This document shows, one piece after another, positions 1 through 10,499 of a stretch of DNA of 32,000 bases (position 1 is its first letter; every line of letters starts with the position of its first letter). Both the position numbers and the translations under genes were made by a program. Below the pieces are notes generated by a model, which was not told the DNA's origin, made no database searches, and was given only the letters and a program-made list of their open reading frames with translations. Source of the stretch: Acinetobacter wanghuae (GTDB lineage: Bacteria > Pseudomonadota > Gammaproteobacteria > Pseudomonadales > Moraxellaceae); assembly GCF_009557235.1 (NCBI RefSeq), contig NZ_CP045650.1, forward strand, positions 2,160,001 to 2,192,000, read 5' to 3'.

Positions 1-2132
1 TCGCTGTCAGAGTCAGAATCGCTGTCGCTATCAGAGTCGGAATCGCTGTCGCTATCAGAGTCAGAATCGCTATCGGAGTCAGAATCACTATCGCTGTCTG
101 AGTCACTGTCGCTGTCTGAGTCGGAATCACTATCGCTGTCTGAGTCAGAGTCGCTGTCGCTATCGGAGTCAGAGTCGCTGTCAGAATCAGAATCACTGTC
201 GCTATCAGAGTCGGAGTCGCTATCAGAATCGGAGTCGCTATCGCTATCAGAGTCGGAGTCGCTATCAGAATCAGAGTCGCTGTCGGAATCAGAGTCAGAA
301 TCGCTGTCGCTATCAGAATCAGAGTCGCTATCGCTATCAGAGTCGGAATCGCTGTCGCTATCAGAATCGGAGTCGCTGTCAGAGTCAGAATCGCTGTCTG
401 AGTCAGAGTCGCTGTCGCTATCAGAGTCAGAATCGCTGTCGCTATCAGAGTCAGAATCGCTGTCGCTATCAGAATCAGAGTCGCTGTCGCTATCAGAGTC
501 AGAATCGCTGTCGCTATCAGAGTCGGAATCGCTGTCGCTATCAGAGTCAGAGTCGCTGTCGCTGTCAGAATCAGAGTCGCTGTCGCTATCAGAGTCGGAA
601 TCGCTGTCGCTATCAGAATCGGAGTCGCTGTCAGAGTCAGAATCGCTGTCTGAGTCAGAGTCGCTGTCGCTATCAGAGTCAGAATCGCTGTCGCTATCAG
701 AATCAGAGTCGCTGTCGCTATCAGAGTCGGAATCGCTGTCGCTATCAGAATCGGAGTCGCTGTCAGAATCGGAGTCGCTGTCAGAGTCAGAATCGCTGTC
801 GCTATCAGAGTCGGAATCGCTATCGCTGTCAGAATCGGAGTCGCTGTCAGAGTCAGAATCACTGTCGCTGTCAGAGTCGGAATCGCTGTCACTATCAGAG
901 TCGGAATCGCTATCAGAGTCGGAATCGCTATCAGAGTCAGAATCGCTGTCGCTATCAGAGTCAGAATCGCTGTCAGAGTCAGAATCGCTGTCGCTATCAG
1001 AGTCGGAATCGCTGTCGCTATCAGAGTCAGAGTCGCTGTCGCTGTCAGAATCAGAGTCGCTGTCGCTATCAGAGTCGGAATCGCTGTCGCTATCAGAATC
1101 GGAGTCGCTGTCAGAGTCAGAATCGCTGTCTGAGTCAGAGTCGCTGTCGCTATCAGAGTCAGAATCGCTGTCGCTATCAGAATCAGAGTCGCTGTCGCTA
1201 TCAGAGTCGGAATCGCTGTCGCTATCAGAATCGGAGTCGCTGTCAGAATCGGAGTCGCTGTCAGAATCGGAGTCGCTGTCAGAATCGGAGTCGCTGTCAG
1301 AGTCAGAATCACTGTCGCTGTCAGAGTCGGAATCGCTGTCACTATCAGAGTCGGAATCGCTATCAGAGTCGGAATCGCTATCAGAGTCAGAATCGCTGTC
1401 GCTATCAGAGTCAGAATCGCTGTCAGAGTCAGAATCGCTGTCAGAATCAGAGTCACTATCGCTGTCAGAATCGGAATCGCTATCGCTGTCAGAATCGGAA
1501 TCGCTATCGCTGTCAGAGTCGGAGTCGCTGTCGCTATCAGAATCAGAGTCGCTGTCAGAGTCGCTGTCAGAGTCAGAATCGCTGTCGCTATCAGAGTCGG
1601 AATCGCTGTCGCTATCAGAGTCAGAATCGCTATCGGAGTCAGAATCACTATCGCTGTCTGAGTCACTGTCGCTGTCTGAGTCGGAATCACTATCGCTGTC
1701 TGAGTCAGAGTCGCTGTCGCTATCGGAGTCAGAGTCGCTGTCAGAATCAGAATCACTGTCGCTATCAGAGTCGGAGTCGCTATCAGAATCAGAGTCGCTG
1801 TCTGAGTCAGAGTCGCTGTCGGAATCAGAGTCAGAATCACTGTCGCTGTCAGAGTCGGAGTCGCTGTCGCTATCGCTATCAGAATCAGAGTCACTGTCGC
1901 TGTCTGAGTCGGAATCGCTGTCGCTATCAGAATCGGAATCACTGTCGCTGTCTGAGTCAGAGTCGCTGTCGCTGTCAGAATCGCTGTCAGAATCAGAGTC
2001 GGAATCGCTGTCAGAATCAGAGTCGCTATCGCTATCAGAATCAGAATCGCTGTCGCTATCAGAGTCAGAGTCGCTGTCAGAGTCAGAATCGCTGTCGCTG
2101 TCTGAGTCAGAGTCACTGTCGGAATCAGAGTC
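1..2132 (-). repeat. Coding (Asp-Ser)n dipeptide tract, >=355 dipeptides, continuing past the window edge; 6-nt period with an underlying ~24-nt unit
   Basis: In the adhesin frame every + strand codon is (a/g)tc (=GAT/GAC Asp), alternating with gct/act/aga/gga/tga (=AGC/AGT/TCT/TCC/TCA Ser). The recurring + strand 24-mer is tcagagtcagaatcgctgtcgcta = (GAT AGC GAC AGC GAT TCT GAC TCT). Confidence 0.95.
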
Positions 2133-5100
2133 GGCATCGGCATCAGCGTCGGCATCTGCGTCGGCATCCGCATCGGCATCAGCATCCGCATCGGCATCGG
2201 CATCGGCATCGGCATCGGCATCAGCATCCGCATCGGCATCGGCATCCGCGTCGGCATCAGCATCAGCATCGGCATCCGCATCCGCATCGGCATCGGCATC
2301 GGCATCGGCATCGGCATCCGCATCAGCATCCGCATCGGCATCTGCATCCGCATCCGCATCGGCATCAGCATCGGCATCAGCATCGGCATCAGCATCGGCA
2401 TCGGCATCAGCGTCGGCATCAGCATCAGCATCCGCATCCGCATCCGCGTCGGCATCCGCATCGGCATCGGCATCGGCATCGGCATCGGCATCCGCGTCGG
2501 CATCAGCATCCGCATCCGCATCCGCATCGGCATCGGCATCCGCATCCGCATCGGCATCGGCATCGGCATCAGCATCCGCATCGGCATCTGCATCTGCATC
2601 CGCATCGGCATCCGCATCGGCATCAGCATCGGCATCAGCATCGGCATCGGCATCGGCATCAGCATCGGCATCGGCATCCGCATCGGCATCAGCATCAGCA
2701 TCCGCATCCGCATCGGCATCCGCATCGGCATCAGCATCCGCATCGGCATCCGCATCAGCATCCGCATCTGCATCGGCATCCGCATCGGCATCGGCATCCG
2801 CATCGGCATCAGCATCCGCATCGGCATCCGCATCAGCATCGGCATCCGCATCCGCATCGGCATCCGCATCCGCATCCGCATCGGCATCAGCATCGGCATC
2901 CGCATCTGCATCGGCATCCGCATCGGCATCGGCATCCGCATCGGCATCAGCATCCGCATCGGCATCAGCATCCGCATCGGCATCCGCATCAGCATCGGCA
3001 TCGGCATCAGCATCGGCATCAGCATCCGCATCGGCATCAGCATCCGCATCGGCATCGGCATCAGCATCGGCATCCGCATCAGCATCCGCATCGGCATCGG
3101 CATCGGCATCCGCGTCGGCATCAGCATCCGCATCAGCATCGGCATCGGCATCCGCATCCGCATCAGCGTCGGCATCCGCATCGGCATCAGCATCCGCATC
3201 AGCATCGGCATCGGCATCCGCATCCGCATCCGCATCGGCATCGGCATCGGCATCGGCATCAGCATCGGCATCCGCATCGGCATCAGCATCGGCATCAGCA
3301 TCCGCATCCGCATCCGCATCAGCATCGGCATCGGCATCCGCATCCGCATCGGCATCGGCATCCGCATCGGCATCGGCATCAGCATCCGCATCAGCATCGG
3401 CATCCGCATCCGCATCCGCATCCGCATCGGCATCGGCATCAGCATCAGCATCGGCATCAGCATCGGCATCAGCATCAGCATCAGCATCGGCATCGGCATC
3501 AGCATCGGCATCCGCGTCGGCATCAGCATCGGCATCGGCATCGGCATCCGCATCGGCATCCGCATCGGCATCAGCATCAGCATCAGCATCAGCATCAGCA
3601 TCGGCATCCGCATCCGCATCGGCATCGGCATCGGCATCGGCATCAGCATCGGCATCGGCATCGGCATCAGCATCGGCATCGGCATCGGCATCCGCATCCG
3701 CATCGGCATCGGCATCGGCATCCGCATCGGCATCCGCATCCGCGTCGGCATCAGCATCCGCATCGGCATCAGCATCAGCATCGGCATCCGCGTCGGCATC
3801 AGCATCCGCATCGGCATCCGCATCCGCATCCGCATCGGCATCAGCATCAGCATCAGCATCAGCATCAGCATCAGCATCAGCATCAGCATCCGCATCGGCA
3901 TCGGCATCAGCATCGGCATCAGCATCAGCATCGGCATCCGCATCCGCATCCGCATCAGCATCGGCATCGGCATCGGCATCACCAAAGTCTACGATTAGAT
4001 TCGTTGGATCAGATGCATTGCCTGCTGCGTCAGTTGCTGTCACATCAATCGCATTACCATCTACTAATGGACTATCTAAGGTAACTTTAAAGTCACCATT
4101 AGCATCAGCTTGACTCGTTCCAATGGTATTACCATCCTCGTCTTTTACAGTGACAATTGAATTAGGTTCAGCTTTACCCGTCACCTCTAGACCATTTTGA
4201 CTTACCGCTACATTTGTAGGCGCATCCGGTGCTGTGGTATCTGGTGCATTAACTACTGTTGGATCAGATTCGTTGCCTGCTTCATCTTTGGCAGTGACGT
4301 TGATTTCTTCACCGTTGGTTAATGGATCTTCAAGCTCTACGCTGAAATCACCATTGGCATCGGCTGTGCCTTCACCAATTACATTGCCATCTTTGTCAGT
4401 GATCGTGATCGTTGACCCAGGCTCTCCTTTACCTGTCACAGTTGAGCCATCTTCGCTGACTACAACATCACTTGGCGCTTCTGGTGGCGTAGTGTCTGTA
4501 GAGGTATCTGCAACTGCAATCGCTGGTTCAGATTCATTACCCGCAGCATCTGTTGCAGTAACTTCAACTTCTGTGCCATCTTCAACAGGCGTATCTAAAG
4601 TAACTTTGAAATCACCATTGGCATCGGCTGTGCCTTCACCAATTACATTACCATCTTGGTCCTTAATGGTGACTTTGGCATTTGGCTCAGTTTTTACCAC
4701 GACGGTTTTACCATCAAAACCAGTGACTTCAGGTGCATTTGGTGCAGTTGTGTCTGGTGCATTAACTATTGTTGGATCTGATTCATTCCCCGCTGGATCC
4801 TTCGCTGTAACATTGATTTCTTCACCATTGGTTAATGGCTTATCAAGTTCAACACTAAAGTCACCATTTTCATCAGCAGTGCCTTCACCAATTACATTGC
4901 CATCTTTGTCAGTGATCGTTATGGTTGAGCCCGGCTCTCCTTTACCTGTCACAGTTGAGCCATCTTCGCTGACTACAACATCACTTGGCGCTTCTGGTGG
5001 CGTAGTGTCTGTAGAGGTATCTGCAACTGCAATCGCTGGTTCAGATTCATTACCCGCAGCATCTGTTGCAGTAACTTCAACTTCTGTGCCATCTTCAACA

Positions 5101-6731
5101 GGCGTATCTAAAGTAACTTTGAAATCACCATTGGCATCGGCTGTGCCTTCACCAATTACATTACCATCTTGGTCCTTAATGGTGACTTTGGCATTTGGCT
5201 CAGTTTTACCCACGACGGTTTTACCATCAAAACCAGTGACTTCAGGTGCATTTGGTGCAGTTGTGTCTGGTGCATTAACTATTGTTGGATCTGATTCATT
5301 CCCCGCTGGATCCTTCGCTGTAACATTGATTTCTTCACCATTGGTTAATGGCTTATCAAGTTCAACACTAAAGTCACCATTTTCATCAGCAGTGCCTTCA
5401 CCAATTACATTGCCATCTTTGTCAGTGATCGTTATGGTTGAGCCCGGCTCTCCTTTACCTGTCACAGTTGAGCCATCTTCGCTGACTACAACATCACTTG
5501 GCGCTTCTGGTGGCGTAGTGTCTGTAGAGGTATCTGCAACTGCAATCGCTGGTTCAGATTCATTACCCGCAGCATCTGTTGCAGTAACTTCAACTTCTGT
5601 GCCATCTTCAACAGGCGTATCTAAAGTAACTTTGAAATCACCATTGGCATCGGCTGTGCCTTCACCAATTACATTACCATCTTGGTCCTTAATGGTGACT
5701 TTGGCATTTGGCTCAGTTTTACCCACGACGGTTTTACCATCAAAACCAGTGACTTCAGGTGCATTTGGTGCAGTTGTGTCTGGTGCATTAACTATTGTTG
5801 GATCTGATTCATTCCCCGCTGGATCCTTCGCTGTAACATTGATTTCTTCACCATTGGTTAATGGCTTATCAAGTTCAACACTAAAGTCACCATTTTCATC
5901 AGCAGTGCCTTCACCAATTACATTGCCATCTTTGTCAGTGATCGTTATGGTTGAGCCCGGCTCTCCTTTACCTGTCACAGTTGAGCCATCTTCGCTCACT
6001 ACAACATCGCTTGGTGCATCTGGAGCTTTGCCATCTACAGTAGATGTCGTTTCAGCAGATGGATTACCCGCAGGATCTGTAGCAATGACTTTAATTACAT
6101 CGCCATCTTCTAGTCCTGGATTTGGTACTGACCATTTACCATCAGGACCTGCTGTTGTTTCCGCTTTTGAACCGTCTGGGAACGTTACTGTAACTTTAGA
6201 ACCAGGTTCTGCTGTACCTGTGATCGGATCTGTTTGATTGATTGGGTTAACAATAGGTGCTGCTGGAGGAGTTTTATCGCCTTGCCAATTATTATTATCT
6301 GAACTATTATGAGCAGCCGCTGCGACTACTCCAACACCCAATAGACCACCCAGTATTGCACCCCATGGTAAAGCGGCACTTGCACTAGTGCCCAACAATG
6401 CAACCAAATCACCCTCTAACGGATGATAGGTAATTGTCGTTAAAAGTTGATCTGCACCGTCGACAAACTCTGCCCAGTACAGCTTCCCTTCACTTTCGAA
6501 TACAAGCAGATTGGCATTTGGATTATCTACAAAAAAATTATCTACAATAATTTGTTCGCCATTTTTGAGTGTAACAACAGCCGCATTACCTTGGCGTGTA
6601 ATACTTTCCACATCCTCAATATTGGCTTTAATTTTTACAACCGACTCCTGATTAAGGGTAATATTTTTATTCGAGGTGGTACTTTCGAGTACCCCCCCAT
6701 TATTTTTGGATATTATGTCTACCTGCGTCAT
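1..6731 (-). CDS. Giant BapA/Bap-family surface adhesin (presumed T1SS substrate), N-terminal 2243 codons only; C-terminus lies beyond the left window edge. N->C: BapA prefix-like domain, hydrophobic segment, ~9 Ig-like domains, (Asp-Ala)x308, (Asp-Ser)x>=355
   Basis: ATG at 6731-6729 is preceded by GGAG 8 nt upstream (revcomp of 6732-6743 = GGAGTTTTCCCT). The minus-strand frame (codons on + coordinates 3k..3k+2) has no stop down to position 3. I checked codon by codon at 6731-5990, 4260-3960, 2140-2100 and 1-20, and every 60-nt line in 1-3961 starts in the same phase ('tc'). The N-terminus is [68 protein letters not shown]...[15 protein letters not shown]...[22 protein letters not shown]. 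It parallels the Salmonella BapA prefix pattern (RQGN..., GE..I.NF, LV.E..G.L.W, PW.LGG hydrophobic stretch). Repeated ~85-aa modules have the form G[KT][GAT]EPGS.[IV]T[IV]....G...G..TAD.NGDF.V.L...L..GE...VTA.D.AGNES, typical of bacterial Ig-like adhesin repeats. The gene is not in the ORF track because it is open at the window edge. Confidence 0.88.
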   Translation of the reverse strand, partial: MTQVDIISKNNGGVLESTTSNKNITLNQESVVKIKANIEDVESITRQGNAAVVTLKNGEQIIVDNFFVDNPNANLLVFESEGKLYWAEFVDGADQLLTTITYHPLEGDLVALLGTSASAALPWGAILGGLLGVGVVAAAAHNSSDNNNWQGDKTPPAAPIVNPINQTDPITGTAEPGSKVTVTFPDGSKAETTAGPDGKWSVPNPGLEDGDVIKVIATDPAGNPSAETTSTVDGKAPDAPSDVVVSEDGSTVTGKGEPGSTITITDKDGNVIGEGTADENGDFSVELDKPLTNGEEINVTAKDPAGNESDPTIVNAPDTTAPNAPEVTGFDGKTVVGKTEPNAKVTIKDQDGNVIGEGTADANGDFKVTLDTPVEDGTEVEVTATDAAGNESEPAIAVADTSTDTTPPEAPSDVVVSEDGSTVTGKGEPGSTITITDKDGNVIGEGTADENGDFSVELDKPLTNGEEINVTAKDPAGNESDPTIVNAPDTTAPNAPEVTGFDGKTVVGKTEPNAKVTIKDQDGNVIGEGTADANGDFKVTLDTPVEDGTEVEVTATDAAGNESEPAIAVADTSTDTTPPEAPSDVVVSEDGSTVTGKGEPGSTITITDKDGNVIGEGTADENGDFSVELDKPLTNGEEINVTAKDPAGNESDPTIVNAPDTTAPNAPEVTGFDGKTVVVKTEPNAKVTIKDQDGNVIGEGTADANGDFKVTLDTPVEDGTEVEVTATDAAGNESEPAIAVADTSTDTTPPEAPSDVVVSEDGSTVTGKGEPGSTITITDKDGNVIGEGTADANGDFSVELEDPLTNGEEINVTAKDEAGNESDPTVVNAPDTTAPDAPTNVAVSQNGLEVTGKAEPNSIVTVKDEDGNTIGTSQADANGDFKVTLDSPLVDGNAIDVTATDAAGNASDPTNLIVDFGDADADADADADADADADADADADADADADADADADADADADADADADADADADADADADADADADADADADADADADADADADADADADADADADADADADADADADADADADADADADADADADADADADADADADADADADADADADADADADADADADADADADADADADADADADADADADADADADADADADADADADADADADADADADADADADADADADADADADADADADADADADADADADADADADADADADADADADADADADADADADADADADADADADADADADADADADADADADADADADADADADADADADADADADADADADADADADADADADADADADADADADADADADADADADADADADADADADADADADADADADADADADADADADADADADADADADADADADADADADADADADADADADADADADADADADADADADADADADADADADADADADADADADADADADADADADADADADADADADADADADADADADADADADADADADADADADADADADADADADADADADADADADADADADADADADADADADADADADADADADADADADADADADADADADSDSDSDSDSDSDSDSDSDSDSDSDSDSDSDSDSDSDSDSDSDSDSDSDSDSDSDSDSDSDSDSDSDSDSDSDSDSDSDSDSDSDSDSDSDSDSDSDSDSDSDSDSDSDSDSDSDSDSDSDSDSDSDSDSDSDSDSDSDSDSDSDSDSDSDSDSDSDSDSDSDSDSDSDSDSDSDSDSDSDSDSDSDSDSDSDSDSDSDSDSDSDSDSDSDSDSDSDSDSDSDSDSDSDSDSDSDSDSDSDSDSDSDSDSDSDSDSDSDSDSDSDSDSDSDSDSDSDSDSDSDSDSDSDSDSDSDSDSDSDSDSDSDSDSDSDSDSDSDSDSDSDSDSDSDSDSDSDSDSDSDSDSDSDSDSDSDSDSDSDSDSDSDSDSDSDSDSDSDSDSDSDSDSDSDSDSDSDSDSDSDSDSDSDSDSDSDSDSDSDSDSDSDSDSDSDSDSDSDSDSDSDSDSDSDSDSDSDSDSDSDSDSDSDSDSDSDSDSDSDSDSDSDSDSDSDSDSDSDSDSDSDSDSDSDSDSDSDSDSDSDSDSDSDSDSDSDSDSDSDSDSDSDSDSDSDSDSDSDSDSDSDSDSDSDSDSDSDSDSDSDSDSDSDSDSDSDSDSDSDSDSDSDSDSDSDSDSDSDSDSDSDSDSDSDSDSDSDSDSDSDSDSDSDSDSDSDSDSDSDSDSDSDSDSDSDSDSDSDSDSDSDSDSDSDSDSDSDSDSDSDSDSDSDS
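2133..3980 (-). repeat. Coding (Asp-Ala)n dipeptide tract, 308 dipeptides (616 codons)
   Basis: + strand codons alternate atc/gtc (Asp) with ggc/cgc/agc/tgc (GCC/GCG/GCT/GCA Ala). It is in frame with the Ig region at 3981 (reads ...[13 protein letters not shown]) and with the DS tract at 2132. It includes perfect hexamer runs, e.g. (tcagca)x8 at 3841-3888. Confidence 0.95.
4228..5996 (-). repeat. 513-bp tandem repeat (171 aa = two Ig-like domains per unit), ~3.4 copies
   Basis: Unit boundaries are 4228, 4741, 5254 and 5767. 4741-5253 and 5254-5766 are identical by line-by-line comparison. The fourth partial copy stays identical to 5996 (first mismatch 5997 c vs 5484 g). Copy 1 (4228-4740) has a diverged first ~190 nt, then is near-identical. 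Confidence 0.95.
6692..6698 (-). repeat. G7 homopolymer (C7 on + strand) inside codons 12-14 of the adhesin CDS
   Basis: + strand 'acccccccat' at 6691-6700. Coding strand reads AAT GGG GGG GTA (N11 G12 G13 V14). Confidence 0.9.
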
Positions 6732-7195
6732 AGGGAAAACTCCGATGCTTGTTTGTTATAATGATCAAATGCTAGGCACGCATCGATTATTATTAACAGC
6801 AAGGAGTAGTCGATAAAACCCTCAGCAAACTGTGATTCATTCAACACTGTTTATTCTTATTTTGATTTTAAATACGATAACTCATTGATTTAAAAATTAA
6901 GTGAATAATTTATATAAGTATTTATAACTCTACATTTAGATGGATTATAAAATTTTTAATTTTGTATATTATTGAAATAGAACATTTTAAATATTTGTAC
7001 ACGTGGCATATATTTTTAATATTAAATTGTAATTTAAACACATAAACTTACACAAAATTAACCCATATTAACTCAAGCATTTACTATAGAAACAAACAAG
7101 GCAACACAACCAAAACAATCATTTCATTTTTTAAGTGAATAGTTAACATATTTGTATAATCATTGATAATATTTAGATACATATTCTGATTAATA

Positions 7196-7240
7196 TTTAA
7201 AAAAATTAGAGGTTATTACTATATTAATAACAACCTCTAA
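7196..7240 (-). terminator. Rho-independent terminator after the HAD hydrolase gene
   Basis: Stem ttagaggtt (7206-7214) pairs with aacctctaa (7232-7240). The A-run at 7199-7205 is a T-run on the minus strand, just downstream of the stop at 7248-7250. Confidence 0.65.
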
Positions 7241-7247
7241 AAATTTA

Positions 7248-8761
<1,514 letters not shown>

Positions 8762-8792
8762 TTTTTTTGCTCAAGTAAAGATGATCTTAATG

Positions 8793-8823
8793 AAAAAAGC
8801 CTGAATATTTTCAGGCTGTTTTA
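8793..8823. terminator. Bidirectional stem-loop terminator between thiD and the CHMI-like gene
   Basis: agcctgaa (8798-8805) pairs with ttcaggct (8810-8817), loop tatt, flanked by an A-run and a T-run. Confidence 0.75.
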
Positions 8824-8827
8824 TCTG

Positions 8828-9205
8828 TTAAATAGAATGTTTCGCGCTCAACGCTACTTTGCTATACGTTGATTTTGGCATTTCAATGATTTCAACACAG
8901 ATTTGCACATTCAGATTTTCAGGTTGTGTAAAACTTTCTTGTATCGCAGTTAACACTTCCTGCGAAATCGCAATTTTAGTAGGTTCATCACGACCACTTA
9001 AAACTGAAACTTTGGCATGTAAATACGCATCATTTTCTTCACCTAAACCAATCAGATAGTTGCTTTGTTTAATCGCACGGCTTTTCAGCTCTTTTGCCGA
9101 TTGGACAAAATGGCCTGCTAGCATTTTTTCATGGATGGCGGTTAGTAAAGGCTTGGGATCAAGTTCAGTTAAATTATCAGAATATTCTAAGTGGATATGC
9201 GGCAT
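8828..9205 (-). CDS. 5-carboxymethyl-2-hydroxymuconate isomerase (CHMI)-family tautomerase-like protein
   Basis: 125 aa. The N-terminal MPHIHLEYSDNL matches the MPH..(E/Y)S.NL signature I recall for the CHMI family, and the size fits. Confidence 0.65.
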   Translation of the reverse strand: MPHIHLEYSDNLTELDPKPLLTAIHEKMLAGHFVQSAKELKSRAIKQSNYLIGLGEENDAYLHAKVSVLSGRDEPTKIAISQEVLTAIQESFTQPENLNVQICVEIIEMPKSTYSKVALSAKHSI

Positions 9206-9295
9206 CGTGAATCTTCAGCAGAAATTTTTTATTTTTATATCATAGATAAGCAACCAAGACTGCGATTCAACATGCTGGTTCTTTATAGTTTAATC

Positions 9296-9326
9296 AAAAA
9301 AAGGAGAACCGAGGTCTCCTTTTATA
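9296..9326 (-). terminator. Rho-independent terminator after yjdM
   Basis: aggaga (9302-9307) pairs with tctcct (9315-9320). The A-run at 9296-9301 is a T-run on the minus strand. Confidence 0.7.
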
Positions 9327-9350
9327 ATCACAGGCATTTTTAGGGTGAAT

Positions 9351-9689
9351 TTAAGCTTTTTTCACATACTCTGATTTTAATTTGATTGCACCTATGCCCT
9401 CAACTTTACAATCAATATCATGACCATCCGTTGCATCAGGTAATAAACGAATACTTTTGACTTTAGTGCCTACTTTGACCACAGCAGATGACCCTTTCAG
9501 TTTGAGGTCTTTAATGACAGTCACACTATCCCCATCAGCAAGCGCATTGCCATGGGCATCTTTAATCACCACTTGTACTTCGGTGTCTTCGCCCTCTTTC
9601 CATTCATGCGCGCATTCTGGGCAAATCAATAAATCACCATCTTGATACGTGTATTCTGAAGTACATTTTGGACAGTGTGGTAAGGACAT
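9351..9689 (-). CDS. yjdM: Zinc-ribbon protein YjdM (PhnA family)
   Basis: [30 protein letters not shown]... is followed by an SH3-like C-terminal half ([19 protein letters not shown]). Size ~112 aa. I prefer the ATG at 9689 to the TTG at 9701. Confidence 0.85.
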   Translation of the reverse strand: MSLPHCPKCTSEYTYQDGDLLICPECAHEWKEGEDTEVQVVIKDAHGNALADGDSVTVIKDLKLKGSSAVVKVGTKVKSIRLLPDATDGHDIDCKVEGIGAIKLKSEYVKKA

Positions 9690-9925
9690 AAAAATTCTCA
9701 AAAAATTAAAATAAGTACAAAGATCGACTATAACATTTTTAGATCAGTTGAATGAATGACCTAAAGTTTCGACGCGTACTAAACAGAATAAATAGGTAAA
9801 AAATGATTATCTGTACAAGAGAAATGCAGGCAAAAATTAAATGAGCGTTTTCAATCCAATCATTTAAGGTGTGAAAAGCTCGAAAAGCGAATGACATAAG
9901 TGATCAGCGGCATTCTGATCGGTAC

Positions 9926-9953
9926 AAAAAAAGCTCAGCGCACTGAGCTTTTA
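9926..9953 (-). terminator. Rho-independent terminator after the rraB-like gene
   Basis: agctcag (9932-9938) pairs with ctgagct (9943-9949). The A-run at 9926-9931 is a T-run on the minus strand. Confidence 0.75.
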
Positions 9954-9965
9954 TGATCCATCGTA

Positions 9966-10346
9966 TTAACTCGTCAAGATATCTTCATCATCAATATCGT
10001 CATAGACATACGCCATACAGCCCCAACCATCATATTCACCTTGGAAATCACTGGCAATTTTCGTGAACCATTGTTCTAAATCTACAATATCTTCATAGCA
10101 CGGTTCTAAATAAACATAAATCGTAATGACCCACTCTAAACGATCGCTCTCCTCATCTTGAAACAAGCTAATTTTTTGCTCTTCTTTGAGTAAATGTAAG
10201 GCACAACGGTCGGCATTTTCTTCGGTGGTAAATGCAATTGAAAACTCAATTTCATGTGGTTCTGTTAAATCATCACCATCTTTGTGCATTTGCCAAAGTA
10301 CTTCACCATTTTCATCTTCTGGAAACTGTTCATAATCACGAGACAT
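9966..10346 (-). CDS. rraB: RraB-family protein (regulator of ribonuclease activity B / DUF1260-like)
   Basis: Small, very acidic 126-aa protein. PHEIEF..., ...GEYDGWGC and the acidic tail resemble E. coli RraB (HHL..., VEYDGWGT, acidic C-terminus). Assignment is from memory of the family. Confidence 0.65.
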   Translation of the reverse strand: MSRDYEQFPEDENGEVLWQMHKDGDDLTEPHEIEFSIAFTTEENADRCALHLLKEEQKISLFQDEESDRLEWVITIYVYLEPCYEDIVDLEQWFTKIASDFQGEYDGWGCMAYVYDDIDDEDILTS

Positions 10347-10499
10347 GTGCGAATCCCTGTTCTATTAAAATTATAGTGCTGTTTTTTTCTACAATTCAGA
10401 TTAACGTATTTTTTTAGATTATTCGAGATAAGCCATTAAAATAATTTTGGCTTGAATACATAATGAAGTGTGAATATGCTCAATGATTGAATACAATAT

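Noticed and set aside
1-3980. Possible CRISPR array or non-coding satellite
   Set aside because: The period is 6 nt (24 nt at most) with no repeat-spacer organisation. The tract is in frame with, and flanked by, coding sequence.
1-4110. Plus-strand frames are also open across the dipeptide tracts: frame 1 reads (SL/SE)n then (SA)n up to a TGA near 4110. Five of the six frames lack stops in 1-2132.
   Set aside because: This is a trivial consequence of the 6-nt low-complexity repeat. Only the minus D-A/D-S frame is contiguous with a bona fide N-terminal domain and start codon.
4234-6237. 667-aa plus-strand ORF from the track (Ser/Pro/Val/Thr-rich, internally repeated)
   Set aside because: It is the antisense shadow of the adhesin Ig-repeat region. 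The minus strand has a proper RBS and ATG, a recognisable BapA-prefix and Ig-like domain motifs, and stays open for 6.7 kb. The plus-strand product is low-complexity with no recognisable domain, and its periodicity simply mirrors the 513-bp repeat.
6447-6761. 104-aa plus-strand ORF
   Set aside because: It is antisense to the BapA-prefix coding region and spans the adhesin start codon. It has no RBS, and its odd Ile/Phe/Asn-rich composition is typical of AT-rich antisense frames.
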